Shown here: one piece after another, positions 46,305 through 58,230 of the stretch
Layout of the letters: the number at the start of each line of letters is the position of its first letter
Position numbering within the stretch: the stretch's first letter is position 1
Assembly: GCA_044229975.1 (NCBI GenBank)
Contig: JBGARZ010000016.1
Coordinates: forward strand, 148,352 to 212,351
DNA: 64,000 bases
Direction of reading: 5' to 3'
From: Polyangiales bacterium
GTDB taxonomy: Bacteria > Myxococcota_A > Polyangia > Polyangiales > Ga0077539
Notes under the pieces: model-generated
Told to the model about the DNA's origin: nothing
Databases searched by the model: none
What the model saw: the letters and a program-made list of their open reading frames with translations, nothing else
Made by a program: the position numbers and the translations under genes

Positions 46305-48809
46305 TCACCCCTTCACCGCCGCGTGCACCGCCGCCAGCGCGGGCGCCACCTCCGTCGCGTGATCGCGCAGCGTCGCGCGCAATCGGGCCGGTGTGAGCCG
46401 CGCGTCGGGCAGCAGTCGCTCCAGCAGCTCGATGGCGTCGGCCTTGCGCGCGAGCTCCGATCCGCCCAGCAGTGCGACCACCTCGGCCACCGACGACAGC
46501 GCGCACACGGCCGCCTCGACGTCGCCGTTCGCGAGGCGCGGGCGACGCCCCTGGTGGGCCTTGACCGCGACGCCACCCGCCGGCTCAGGGAACCACCGTG
46601 CGAAGCGGGCCGCGATCGCCACCCGGTCGCGGTTGGCCGCTTCCAACCGCGCGCTCGCTCCCTCGCGTCCGTCGTGCCTGGCGTCGCTCGCGTCGAGCTC
46701 GCGCAGCGCCCGCGCCTCGTCGTCGAGGCGCTGCAACACGCCCGACTCGCGCGCCCGCTCGATCGCCACCAGCTCATCCACCAATGGGCCGAGCTCACCG
46801 GAGAGCTCGCGCGCCACCACGCTCGCCGGCCGCGACGCCGAGTCTGGCAGGTGCAGCGCGACCCCGCCGTCGAGCTCGCCCGCGGTGATCGACGCGAGCT
46901 GAGCGTCGTCGAGGTGGTGGTAGAACGCCACCTCACCCGCGGCCCGCTGCCGCGCGACCAGGGCACGGAGCGCGGGGTTCTCCGTGCCGAGCGCGATGAC
47001 GCTGACACCGAGCGGCAGTCCCTCACACTTCGCTCTCGCCACCGCCACCAGCTCTTCGTCGACCGCGGCCTCGCCGTCGGTCACCAACACGAGCTGCGCG
47101 TGGGTGAGCTCGCGATCGACGGCGCGCGCCTCGGCGACCTGTTCGAGGCTCGCGATGAGGGCCTTCTGGATGTTGGTTCCGCCCCGGCGTGTCGTCGTCA
47201 GGACGTCGCGCATCGCGGCGCGGGCGCCCTCCACCGAGTCGACGCGCGTGACGGGCAACAGGCCCTCATCGAAGTACCGAAACAGCAGCGTGGCGCGGGT
47301 GTCGCCGGGCGCCGCGAGGCGCGCCGAGAGCGTCGCGAGCTCGGCTACGAGCAGGGCATCGCGCACGTGACCGCGAGGGCCCGCCATGGAGGTCGATCCG
47401 TCGAGCACGAAGACGCGCACCTCGCTCCGCATCACGACGCGACTGCGCCGCTGCGGCTCCGGCCGAACGTAGCGCCGCGTGAGCAACCGCCCCGTCACGA
47501 GGTCGAGCAGCACGCTGCGCGGGTCGGAGATGCTCGCATCCGGGAGGTCGTCGACCCCCTCCGCCGGAACCAGCACCAGCGTCTGCGTGGGGAAGCGCAC
47601 CGCCCGCAGCACCCGCTCCTCTTCGTCGACGCGCACCGGCGCGAGCGCTCCGCCCACCTCGAAGCAGCCGTCCACCGTCACCGTGGCGGCGAGCACGCCG
47701 CGCTCGGCGCCCTCGGCGTACGCCTCGCGCAGCAGGTGCTCGGCGTCTTCGCGAACGCCCTGTGACTCCGACGAGCGCGCGATGGTGGCCCTCGCTTCGC
47801 GGCGCGCCTCCTTCATCGCCTCCTCGACGAGGCCGACGCCGCCTTCGCCCAGCATCGCGCCCGCCGAGCGGCGCAGCGACGCGCGTCGTGCCGTCACGCT
47901 CCGCGGGTCTTCGCCGCCCCACAGCGCCTGGGTGGCGCGCGACGTCACCCGCGCGACGTCGTGGTCGTCGTTGGCGAGCGCCGCGGCGTCGACGGCCGAG
48001 AGCGCGGCCCATAGCCGTCGCGGGTCGCCGCGGTCGATGGCGGCGCGGGCCTGGTGGACGAGCGACACGTCCGCCGCGAGGCCGATGGACTCCAGCCGGT
48101 CGACGCGGGTGATCTCGCGGGTGACGTAGTCGGCGCGGGCGCGAACGCCGTGCGGTTCGAGCGGGAGCGCCGCCGACACGTCGAGCAGGCGTTGCCGCGC
48201 TGCCACCAGCAGCCGTCGCTTGCGCCCGAGGAAGCCCACCTCCGCGCGCGCCGCGGCGAGCAGGTGGTCGATGGCGGCGAGCTCCAGCTCCACGATGCGC
48301 GCATCGGCGTGGGGGACGGCACCCTCCCGCGTCGCCACTTCGCACGCAAAGGGGTCGACCTGCGTCGTGTCGGCGCTCTCTGCCTCGCGCGCTGGGAGGA
48401 GCGCGAGCGGAGGCGCAAAGACCACCCGATCGCCGTGGCTGAGACGCTGTCGCGCGAGGGCGTCGTCCCGATCGAGCAACCCATCCACCGCGACGAGGAG
48501 TTCCCAGGCGCGCCGCAGCCACGCGGCGTGGGCCACGGGCGCACGGTCCCGCAGGATCGCCGCGCGCTCGATGGTGGTGACGTTGGCTTCGAGCTCGTCG
48601 ACGGCCGCCTCGAGCCTCGCCCGCGCGCCCGTGTCCGCGAGCCGCTCCAACAGCCGCGTCAGGGCCTCGTAGCGAACGGTCGCGCGCCAGCGGGTGAGCG
48701 CCAGCACCGGCCGCGCGACGCGAAAGAGCCGCTGCGCTTCGATGCCCGCCGGGTCGAGCGCGACCCGCTCGATGCGCTCGGCGAGGCGCTGCAACCGTTC
48801 GCTGGTCAC
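46305..48809 (-). CDS. VWA domain-containing protein (partner of MoxR ATPase)
   Basis: MIDAS VLDGSTSM, GGTNI, LVTDGE. Confidence 0.85.
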   Translation of the reverse strand: MTSERLQRLAERIERVALDPAGIEAQRLFRVARPVLALTRWRATVRYEALTRLLERLADTGARARLEAAVDELEANVTTIERAAILRDRAPVAHAAWLRRAWELLVAVDGLLDRDDALARQRLSHGDRVVFAPPLALLPAREAESADTTQVDPFACEVATREGAVPHADARIVELELAAIDHLLAAARAEVGFLGRKRRLLVAARQRLLDVSAALPLEPHGVRARADYVTREITRVDRLESIGLAADVSLVHQARAAIDRGDPRRLWAALSAVDAAALANDDHDVARVTSRATQALWGGEDPRSVTARRASLRRSAGAMLGEGGVGLVEEAMKEARREARATIARSSESQGVREDAEHLLREAYAEGAERGVLAATVTVDGCFEVGGALAPVRVDEEERVLRAVRFPTQTLVLVPAEGVDDLPDASISDPRSVLLDLVTGRLLTRRYVRPEPQRRSRVVMRSEVRVFVLDGSTSMAGPRGHVRDALLVAELATLSARLAAPGDTRATLLFRYFDEGLLPVTRVDSVEGARAAMRDVLTTTRRGGTNIQKALIASLEQVAEARAVDRELTHAQLVLVTDGEAAVDEELVAVARAKCEGLPLGVSVIALGTENPALRALVARQRAAGEVAFYHHLDDAQLASITAGELDGGVALHLPDSASRPASVVARELSGELGPLVDELVAIERARESGVLQRLDDEARALRELDASDARHDGREGASARLEAANRDRVAIAARFARWFPEPAGGVAVKAHQGRRPRLANGDVEAAVCALSSVAEVVALLGGSELARKADAIELLERLLPDARLTPARLRATLRDHATEVAPALAAVHAAVKG

Positions 48810-48811
48810 AA

Positions 48812-49119
48812 CGATTCACCCCGTGGACGTTCGCGAAGTAGGGGCCGGGGTTCACGGTGCAGGCTCCGCGTCCGTCGGGCTCCGTTCACCCCGGTCAATG
48901 GTAGGGGGTCACCCCGCCGCTGCGCGACGGGGTTGCAAACCCGAGATCCATCACGCTCCTGACCGACGAGAAGCGTGGGGCAATGACTTCCGTTGCAACC
49001 CCGTCGCGCAGCGGCGGGGTGACCCCCTACCATTGACCGGGGTGAACGGAGCCCGACGGACGCGGAGCCTGCACCGTGAACCCCGGCCCCTACTTCGCGA
49101 ACGTCCACGGGGTGAATCG
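48812..49119. repeat. Perfect 127-bp inverted repeat with 54-bp spacer (MITE/REPIN-like)
   Basis: 48812-48938 is the exact reverse complement of 48993-49119. Confidence 0.95.
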
Positions 49120-49126
49120 GTCTCAC

Positions 49127-51748
49127 TCAGCGGCTCACTCGCCGAGCGGCCGTGTCGAGCAGCGTCGTCCAACCAGCGTCGGAGCGCCCGCGTTGCAGCG
49201 CCACCAGCACCCGGCTGGACTCCGCCTCGACGGCCTCGATGCGCGCCCGCAGCGCGTCGGTGGCGGCCGCTGCCTCGGCGAAGACCTCGCCGATGACACG
49301 AGCCTCGATGGCAAAGCGCAGCAGCGCTCCCTCGTCACGCGTCACGTGAAAGAACCTGCTCCCCGCGAGCGTGGGCAGCGCCGTTCCGATGAGCGTGGCG
49401 CTGCCCGACGAGAGGGCGGTCTCCGCCGCGGGACCGAGCTCGGCCCACCAGCGCTCGACGAGCGAGACGGCTCGCTCGACGCGCGCGACGTCCAGCGCGA
49501 CGACCTCGGCGCGGAGCTCGGCGGGCAGGTCGGCGAGGGTGGCGCCGAAGCGCGTGAGCATCTCGGCGGGCGATCCCAGGTCGGTGGCCCTCGTGGGCGC
49601 GATGCGCAGGCCGAGCTCGACGAGGGTGTACGCGAGGGACACGCGGGCCGACCCCGCGCGGAGCTGGCGATACCCGGTGTGCGAGGGCGGTTGGGTCTGG
49701 GTCGATTGCGTGCCGCGTTCGCCGCGGACGAGGGCGAGGGTGGCGAGCCGGATGAGGTCGGCCGTCGCGATGACGCCCTTCAATCCCGCGCGATCGAGCT
49801 CGTCGACGAGGGCGCCCACCTGCGCGACCAGGTCCGGTCGGTCGGTCGCCTGGACACGCTCGAAGGCCGCGCGGACCAGCGGCTCGATGCGCGGCCCCAC
49901 CACGCGACCCTTGAGCGCCCAGCGGTCGGCGCCGCAGCGCGCGAGCCTCTCGCCGAAGCCGTCGATGCGCTGGAGCACCGGAACCAACCGCCCCAGCAGC
50001 TCACCGAGCTTCTCCGGTCCGACCTCGGCGAGCGCTCGCGCCACGGCGTCACGGAACGCGACGTCCCACACCTCGACGAGCTCATCTTCCACCCGCGCCA
50101 CGGCCACGGCGGACGCCCGCTCGAAGCTCTCCGGCCCGCTGTCGTCGGCGCCCGCGGCGCGGAGCTTTGCGGCGGTTTCCAGCAGACGTTCGAGGCGCTC
50201 GACGGGGCCCATCGCCCGGCGCGCGACGTCGTCGAGCGAGGCGTCGACGGGGAGCAGCCCATCGAGCGCCGCGCCCACGCGCGACCCCGCCAGCGCGGCC
50301 GTGTCGAGCACCATCCGGATGGCGCGCGCCCGCAGCCATCGGGCGGTGGGACGGGCCGCTCCGCCCGATGCTTCGAGGCCGTCGGCCAGCGACGAGAGCT
50401 CGCCGATCACGTCGACCTCCGTGGCGCTCGCGCCCGCGGTGATGCCGGCTCGCAGCGCGCGCTCGGAGAGGTGCGTGAGGGCGGTGGCGAGCAGCTCGGC
50501 GGCGGCGGGTGCCGTCGGTCCCCCGGAGTCGGCGGTGTGGGCGAGGGTGGCGGCGGTGGCGAGCAGCGGCCGCGGGTCGGCGACCGGCACTGCGGCATCG
50601 ACGGACTGCTGGAGCGCGGCGACGTCCCGCTCGATGCTGGGCCGCGAGGCGCGCTCGGTGCGCGGGACGCGGGCGAGGGCGCGCTCGAACATCTCCCGCT
50701 CGGTTCGCAGGATGGAGAGCTGCCGACGTTCGCGGGGGTCGCTCTCCTTGTCGATGAGCGCCGTGAGGCTCTCCCGCGGCGGACCCGAGAGCAGGAGACT
50801 CAAACGCAACCCGGCGAGGTCGTCGTGGCCGACCTCGAGCTCGCGCGTGGGGTTGCGCATGATGGCGTCGTAGAGGCAGACCGCGCGCAGGATGCGCCCG
50901 AGGCGAACGGCCGTGCGGGTCGAGAGGTAGCGAGTGGGTGTGAAGGTGGGGTCGCTCTTGGCGGCGTGGGCGAGGTCGCGGTCGAGGTGTTCGAGGAGCG
51001 CGCAGAGCGAGCCGCAGACGGCGTCGGGCACGACGATGCGGTCGGCGGTGGCCTGGAGCACGTCGAGGTCCTGGATGGTGAGGTTGGCTTCGAGCGAGCG
51101 GGCTCGGACGCCGCCGACCTGCGAGCGCAGCACGCGGCCGAGGCTGTCGGGCGACGCGAATCCCTTGGGGACGAAGCCCACGAAGGCGATGCGATCGACG
51201 AAGGCGAGGAGCGTCTCGCGCGACCCGTCGAGCACCTCGGCGAGGTAGCGGTTGGTGGTCATCAGCGCGCACTCGATGGCGCCGCGGGTGGTCTTGGCGC
51301 CCTGCTTCAGCTCGCGCTCGTGCAGCACGTTGAGGGTCGTGCGCAGCAGCATGTCGCGGCCGTCGAGCACCTCGTCGAGGAAGGCGTGGACGGCGCCGAG
51401 CATGCCTTCGTCGGTGAAGTGCTCGGTGCGCCCGGTGGCCATGAGGGTCTTGAAATCGATGGGACCAACAAGGTCGGTCTGCACCGTCGACTCGGTGAAC
51501 TGCCGCGCGAACAAGCTGGGCTGCCCGGTGCGCTCGTCGACGATGCGACCGAGGACGGCTGCGGCGATGCCGCTCTTGGCGGTCCCGGGCGGGCCCGTCA
51601 TGAGGACGTGCTCGCGGCCGAGGAGGGCCATGGCGATCTGCGCGAGCAGGTCTTCGCGCTCGACGAAGGTGCGGTTGAGCTCCTCGAAGAAGGAGCGGAA
51701 GCGGGCAGAGGCAGCGGCGAGGTCCGCCGAGGCGGTGGAGAGCGTCAC
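49127..51748 (-). CDS. MoxR/RavA-like AAA+ ATPase with long helical C-terminus
   Basis: EHVLMTGPPGTAKS, AFLDE, LNVLHER, AFVDRI, LSTRT. Confidence 0.9.
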   Translation of the reverse strand: MTLSTASADLAAASARFRSFFEELNRTFVEREDLLAQIAMALLGREHVLMTGPPGTAKSGIAAAVLGRIVDERTGQPSLFARQFTESTVQTDLVGPIDFKTLMATGRTEHFTDEGMLGAVHAFLDEVLDGRDMLLRTTLNVLHERELKQGAKTTRGAIECALMTTNRYLAEVLDGSRETLLAFVDRIAFVGFVPKGFASPDSLGRVLRSQVGGVRARSLEANLTIQDLDVLQATADRIVVPDAVCGSLCALLEHLDRDLAHAAKSDPTFTPTRYLSTRTAVRLGRILRAVCLYDAIMRNPTRELEVGHDDLAGLRLSLLLSGPPRESLTALIDKESDPRERRQLSILRTEREMFERALARVPRTERASRPSIERDVAALQQSVDAAVPVADPRPLLATAATLAHTADSGGPTAPAAAELLATALTHLSERALRAGITAGASATEVDVIGELSSLADGLEASGGAARPTARWLRARAIRMVLDTAALAGSRVGAALDGLLPVDASLDDVARRAMGPVERLERLLETAAKLRAAGADDSGPESFERASAVAVARVEDELVEVWDVAFRDAVARALAEVGPEKLGELLGRLVPVLQRIDGFGERLARCGADRWALKGRVVGPRIEPLVRAAFERVQATDRPDLVAQVGALVDELDRAGLKGVIATADLIRLATLALVRGERGTQSTQTQPPSHTGYRQLRAGSARVSLAYTLVELGLRIAPTRATDLGSPAEMLTRFGATLADLPAELRAEVVALDVARVERAVSLVERWWAELGPAAETALSSGSATLIGTALPTLAGSRFFHVTRDEGALLRFAIEARVIGEVFAEAAAATDALRARIEAVEAESSRVLVALQRGRSDAGWTTLLDTAARRVSR

Positions 51749-51911
51749 GGCGGCGACGATACGACGGCGCCCAGAACGTGATCAGGTGACCTGTCGGGGG
51801 GCGTCCCTTGTCCGGCAAGCGAACCGACGCCGTCCGCTGCGCTCCGTCGCAAGGGTGCTCACGCGGACGTTGAGCCGCACCCCGCGGTCGTGGTTGGATG
51901 CTTCGCACGCC

Positions 51912-53166
<1,255 letters not shown>

Positions 53167-53174
<8 letters not shown>

Positions 53175-54207
53175 TCTGCACTCCCGCGCGCTCGCAGCGG
53201 GCCTCTGTCTCGCCGCCGCGCTGACCCTGTCTCCGCTCGGCGCGCTCGCGCAATCACCGGCTGCTCGCGACCTCGTGCGACAGGGCTTCGAGGCGCGCCG
53301 GGTGCAGCACGACGCCGACGCGCTCGACCTCTTCCGCCGGGCCGAAGCGCTCGAACCGTCCGCCATGGTCCGCGCGCAGATCGCCCTCGCCGAGCTCGCG
53401 CTGGGCCACTGGCGCGACGCCGACGCGCACCTGCGCGAAGCGCTCGCCACGACGGCCGACCCCTGGATCGCGCGCAACCTCGATGGCCTCCGCGCAGCGC
53501 TCTCGCGCGTCGACGAGCACCTCGGAACGCTAGAGATCTACGGAGGCGTCGACGGAGCGCAGGTGTCCGTCGATGGCGAGTCGGTGGGGGTGCTCCCGCT
53601 CGCCGCTCCGCTGCGGTGGCCCGTCGGGCGCGTCACGGTGCGGGTGAGCGCCGAGGGGTACGCGCCGGTCGAGCGGGCGACGGTGATCCATCCGGGCGAG
53701 CTCACCCGCGAGTCGGTCGCGCAGCGCGCGGTGGAGCCGGTGCCAGCGCCCGTGGTCGCGCCTCCACCGCTTGTCGCTCCAACGGTCATGGCTGTTCCCG
53801 TGCTGGTCATGCGCGACCGACCCGTCCGACGACCACGCCCCCGCAGTTGGACCGAACGCGTCGGCGCGGGTCCGTGGGTGCTCGTCGGATCAGGCGCGCT
53901 GCTCTGGGCCGCAGCCGCGCCGCTGCTGGTGTGGCAGCGCGACGCGGCGGGCGACGATCTGCGCGCGCTGGGGTGCACCCTCGACGCGACGGGCGATGCG
54001 TTTCGTTGTTCGGGCAACGGCGACGCGGCGACGTCGGTGCACGAGCGCGGCGCCACCTACAACGCGCTGGCCAACGCTGCCTGGATCACCGGCGCCACCA
54101 TGACGACCGCCGGCGTCGCGTGGTTGATCGCGCGCGCCACGGGTAGCGACCCATCGACGACGGTGGGCTGCTCGTCGCGCGGATGCTCGCTGGCGGTGCG
54201 CTTCTGA
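53167..54207 (+). CDS. Exported TPR + PEGA domain protein
   Basis: Signal peptide, TPR helices, GAQVSVDG...VSAEGY, hydrophobic hairpin with Cys pair, ends LAVRF. Confidence 0.85.
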
Positions 54208-55217
54208 GCCGCGTGTTGCGAGCGTGGTGTCTGGCGGGTGCGGCGTTGGCGTCGTGCACGTTTCCCGATCTGCGCCTGACGACCGACGCCGCCGTCGATG
54301 TGCCCGTGGTCGTCGACGTGTCCGCGGTCGTCGATGCGCCTGCGCCCGCGCCGACGCCGAGCTGTCCGTTGCCCACCGAGCACGGCTGCGAGCGGGTGAT
54401 CGTGGAGGGCGGAACGTTCACGCTCGGCGGCGAAGGGCGCAACGGTCCATCGCAGCCGGGTGTGTCCGTCGACGACTTCGTGCTCGACGCGACGGAGGTC
54501 ACGGTGCGTCGCTACCGGCGCTTCGTGGCGGCGGTCGACGCGGGGCAGGTCGCCGGTCGCCTCGTGGTGGACTATCCCCCGCCGGGGCGTTCGCACTTCG
54601 TCGTCGACACCGTCGGGCTCGGCGGCCGCGTCGGCTCGGACGTCGCGTGCAACTGGAGCCCAGAGGCGCGCGGTGATCGCGACGATCAGCCCATCAACTG
54701 CGTCAACTGGTTCGGCGCGATGGCGTTTTGCATCTGGGATGGTGGGCGCCTGCCGACCGAGGCGGAGCTGGAGTACGCCGCGCGCTGGTGGCGGGCGGGT
54801 GAGACGCCGCGGACCTTCCCGTGGGGCCCGCAGCAACCCGACTGCACACACACGCAATGGCGCGCTGGCGACCCCGGTGGGTGCCCCGGTGACGACGGGC
54901 TCACCACGCGTCGCGTCGGGAGTCTCGCGGCGGGTGCGGTCTTCGGGCTCCTTGACCTGGCGGGCAACGTCACCGAGTGGTGCGCCGACGAGTTCGTCGC
55001 GTACGCGAGCGCCGCGGCGCCCAACGAGTGCTGGGGTCGCGGCCCCGTGCGAAACCCGGTGTGCCGGTCGATGGCGGCCACCGATCACACCGCGCGCGGC
55101 GGGAGCTGGACCAACCACGCCGACGAGTCCACGCAGCTCCAGACCGTCGCGCGCGAGGCCGTCATGGCCCGCAGCGCGCTGCCGACGCGCGGCCTGCGCT
55201 GCGCCCGCGCTCGCTGA
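54183..55217 (+). CDS. Formylglycine-generating enzyme (SUMF1/FGE-sulfatase) domain lipoprotein
   Basis: LASC lipobox, DATEVT, RLPTEAELEYAAR, GLLDLAGNVTEW, RGGSW, GLRCAR. Confidence 0.9.
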   Translation: MLAGGALLSRVLRAWCLAGAALASCTFPDLRLTTDAAVDVPVVVDVSAVVDAPAPAPTPSCPLPTEHGCERVIVEGGTFTLGGEGRNGPSQPGVSVDDFVLDATEVTVRRYRRFVAAVDAGQVAGRLVVDYPPPGRSHFVVDTVGLGGRVGSDVACNWSPEARGDRDDQPINCVNWFGAMAFCIWDGGRLPTEAELEYAARWWRAGETPRTFPWGPQQPDCTHTQWRAGDPGGCPGDDGLTTRRVGSLAAGAVFGLLDLAGNVTEWCADEFVAYASAAAPNECWGRGPVRNPVCRSMAATDHTARGGSWTNHADESTQLQTVAREAVMARSALPTRGLRCARAR

Positions 55218-55222
55218 CCATC

Positions 55223-56596
55223 TCAGCCGTCGACGACTTCCACCCGCGCGCCACCGAGGCGATAGCCATCGTCGCAGCGTTCGAGCACGTCGCGCAGCCC
55301 GAGCTTCCGCAGCGTCGAGAGGGCCACGTAGACCCGCCCCGGACCGGACAGCCCGACGGGCTTCTCTCCCGGCCATCCTGCGTCGACGAGGCGCGCGGTG
55401 GAGACCGCGTCGGTCGCTCCGGACTCATGGTGCCGACCCAGCGCTTCGAGCAGCCGTGACAGCGCCCGCCGCGGGTGCACGTGTACCCGCACGCCATCGG
55501 GCAGGTCGAACCATCGCCCGTCGCGCGCCACGCGGTAGGCACCCTTCGGCGGCGCGGGCCGCGGCCCGTCGTCACCCTCCGCCGAACGCTCCAGATACGC
55601 CTGCGCCGCGAGCGGCTCGACCATCGCTTCGGACCATCGCACCGGCTCCGTCCCCGTGGACGACGCGAGGTGACTGACCACGAAGTCTTCCAGTTGTCGG
55701 AGGTTGCCCGGCCACGGCGATCGGAGCAGCGACACCATCAGCCGGTGGTGCACGCGCGCCGGGCGACCGTGGGCCGCGGTCGAGAGCCGATCGATGAGCA
55801 GCGGCAGGTCGACCATGCGCTCGCGCAGCGGCGGGACGCGCCACACGGCGGGCGTGAGGGCGGCGAGCGAGGCGTCGAGGTCGGACTCCTGTTCGCGGCT
55901 GCGGCCCTCGACCCAGAGCACCAGACGCCCGCGGTGGGGTGTGGCGTGACGGAGGGCGGCGGTCGTCGCCTCGTCGGGGGAGGACAGCGGACCCACCAGC
56001 ATCACCTGACCCTCGGCGGCTGCACTGGGAACCGTCGCGACGTGCGCGAACGGGATGCCCTCGTGCGTGGCGATGGAGCGGGCGACGTCGACGATGCCCG
56101 ACGCGGGCTCGCCGTGCAGGGCCACGAGCGTGTGTTCCGCGGGGAGGTCGCGCAGACCGGTGAGCACTCGCGCCATCGACCAGCCGAGCGCCGCGACGGG
56201 GTCCTGCGCGAACACGGGGTAGATCGCCGGGGCGCGCTGCACGACCAGCAGGACGCCGCCGACGCGAACGATGTCATCGACGTCGAGCTCGCGGTGTTGG
56301 GCGGCGATGCCGTTGACCCAGGTGCCGTTGCTGCTCCCGAGGTCGTGCAGCAGGAGGGAGCCGCGGTCGTTGGCCTCGATGCGGCAGTGGCGTCGTGACA
56401 TGCGCGGGTCGGCGAGCCCGCCGGGTCCGAGCGCGCTGCCGTCGCGGCAGAGCTCGATGGAGACGCCGGGGAGCAGCACCCGCCGCAGCCCCACCATCGG
56501 CGCCGCCGGGTGGTGCACCACGTGGAGCGACCAGCACGGCGTCGCGCGCTCGTCACCGCCCAGGGTCGGAGGCGTGTCTCGGATCGTCGTCGTCAC
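55223..56596 (-). CDS. FHA-domain protein with degenerate sigma-54 activator-like region and C-terminal winged-helix-like domain
   Basis: MSRRH, DLGSSNGTWVNG, PPLRER..DL, WPGNLRQL, WPGE...RVYVALSTLRKLGLRDVL. Confidence 0.8.
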   Translation of the reverse strand: MTTTIRDTPPTLGGDERATPCWSLHVVHHPAAPMVGLRRVLLPGVSIELCRDGSALGPGGLADPRMSRRHCRIEANDRGSLLLHDLGSSNGTWVNGIAAQHRELDVDDIVRVGGVLLVVQRAPAIYPVFAQDPVAALGWSMARVLTGLRDLPAEHTLVALHGEPASGIVDVARSIATHEGIPFAHVATVPSAAAEGQVMLVGPLSSPDEATTAALRHATPHRGRLVLWVEGRSREQESDLDASLAALTPAVWRVPPLRERMVDLPLLIDRLSTAAHGRPARVHHRLMVSLLRSPWPGNLRQLEDFVVSHLASSTGTEPVRWSEAMVEPLAAQAYLERSAEGDDGPRPAPPKGAYRVARDGRWFDLPDGVRVHVHPRRALSRLLEALGRHHESGATDAVSTARLVDAGWPGEKPVGLSGPGRVYVALSTLRKLGLRDVLERCDDGYRLGGARVEVVDG

Positions 56597-56750
56597 GCCG
56601 GGCGAGTATCGCGCACCGAGATCCTCGCAGGAAACAAGGACGTTGCGCGTCGGGCGCGGCCCGCGGACGAGACGGGGGACGACCTCACCGGCATGATGTA
56701 GGTGAATGGGGGTGGTTGTCAGCCTGCAAGCTGTGATAGGCCTTCGCCCC

Positions 56751-58100
56751 GTGAAAACCACGCGCGCCTTGGGCCTGGCCTGTCTCGCTGTTGGAGCACT
56801 CGTGGGCTGCGGCACTGCCGACCCGTCGGCGGCCGAGAGCGATGGGCTCGACACCGAAGGTCTGAGCTTCTCGACCGAGGAGATTCGCAGCGCGGGCTCG
56901 CCGCCGTGGGTCTACGGCGGTTCGCTCCCGACGCTGGTCAACCCGAAGGTGGTGGTCTCGCAGTCGGGGCACACGGCGCGTGTGACGGGCGACCTCCCCG
57001 CGGGATGGTCGGGCGTGGTCCCGTACTACGCCTCGGTCGAGACCGTGGCTGCGCGGCGCGTGCTCACGGTGGTGTACCCGATCGCGACGGGCGCGAGCGC
57101 CTCGCTCGACTCGGCGGCGCGCACCTTCACGGCGCTGTCGGGCATTCCCTTCCGACCCAACGGCATGGCCTATCCCACGACGGGCCCGAGCTACGTCACC
57201 TGGGGGGGGTTCCCCTTCGTCGCCTACAACGGCGGCATCGCCTTCCACGGGCCCATCACGTACACGACCAGCACCGCGAACGGCGAGCGCGTTTACGACT
57301 GGTATTTGCAGCGCGGCCCGGTCTCGCACGGCTGCAACCGCATGCAGGGCGAGCACGTGACGGAGTTCGCGCACCTCGTCGGCTTCGACATGCACAACAC
57401 CTGGGGCGCCAACGTGCGCGTCGCGCGGCGGGCGACGGTGCAGGTGATCCGCGACTACGACCGGCTGCCCTCGGGCGAGGCCGTCGACGTGGACTACCCG
57501 CGCACCGCCGGGGCGCGCGCGCCGACGGGTCCGACGCGGGTGTTCCCCACCTGGAACGCCGACGAGATGCCCCGCCTCGTGTGCGCCGACAACCGCGCGC
57601 GTCGCACGGCCAACACCCCCGTGCCCGACAACTTCTGCGACTACATGCCTGCCAACGGCAGGGACCTCGCGACCGGCAACCCCATCGGCCCCGTGCTGGT
57701 CGACAACGGCACCGCGGCCTTCAGCGCGTCGTCGTCCTTCGCCCGCTACACCCGCAGCCCGGTGCGCGTGGGCGCCGACTACATGGCGGCCGAGATCGCC
57801 AACGCAGGCACCGCGACCTGGACGCTCCCGGTCACCCGCAGCGGGAGCTTCCGGGTGTGGGCTCGCTACGCCCCGGACGAGAACCGCAACACCCGCGCGT
57901 CCTACCGGGTGTACGCGGGCGCGGCCGAGTCTTCGGGGCAGACCCCGGTGGTGGTCAACCAGCGCCAGCCCGGCACGCAGGGCTGGGTGGAGCTCGGGGT
58001 CTACTCGCTCAACGCCGGCGCGAAGGTCGTGCTCACCGCGACGACGAGCTCCGACGGGTGGACCATCGCCGACGCCGTTCGCCTCGAACCCACTTCCTGA
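56751..58100 (+). CDS. L,D-transpeptidase (YkuD-like) lipoprotein with C-terminal carbohydrate-binding-like domain
   Basis: LVGC lipobox, GIAFHG...VSHGCNRM, C-terminal VDN...VNQR..WVELG..IADAVRL. Confidence 0.85.
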   Translation: MKTTRALGLACLAVGALVGCGTADPSAAESDGLDTEGLSFSTEEIRSAGSPPWVYGGSLPTLVNPKVVVSQSGHTARVTGDLPAGWSGVVPYYASVETVAARRVLTVVYPIATGASASLDSAARTFTALSGIPFRPNGMAYPTTGPSYVTWGGFPFVAYNGGIAFHGPITYTTSTANGERVYDWYLQRGPVSHGCNRMQGEHVTEFAHLVGFDMHNTWGANVRVARRATVQVIRDYDRLPSGEAVDVDYPRTAGARAPTGPTRVFPTWNADEMPRLVCADNRARRTANTPVPDNFCDYMPANGRDLATGNPIGPVLVDNGTAAFSASSSFARYTRSPVRVGADYMAAEIANAGTATWTLPVTRSGSFRVWARYAPDENRNTRASYRVYAGAAESSGQTPVVVNQRQPGTQGWVELGVYSLNAGAKVVLTATTSSDGWTIADAVRLEPTS

Positions 58101-58230
58101 AGAGCGTTCGGGCGACGCGTCGAAGGGCGTTGCGAGGGCGAGGGGGGCATCGCGGGATGCATCCCCGCGATACGAAGACGGCCAGCTGAGCGTCGCTGCT
58201 CAACTGGCCGTTTTCCCTTAGCTTGTTTTC

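Noticed and set aside
48806..49172. Small ORFs within the inverted repeat
   Set aside because: Mirror-image translations of the palindrome with no coding features
46305..51748. MoxR-VWA pair as an anti-phage or ternary conflict system
   Set aside because: No associated effector, peptidase or nuclease domains evident; codon style matches the host backbone
54183..55217. FGE/C-lectin-fold gene as a diversity-generating retroelement target
   Set aside because: No reverse transcriptase or template repeat visible in the window
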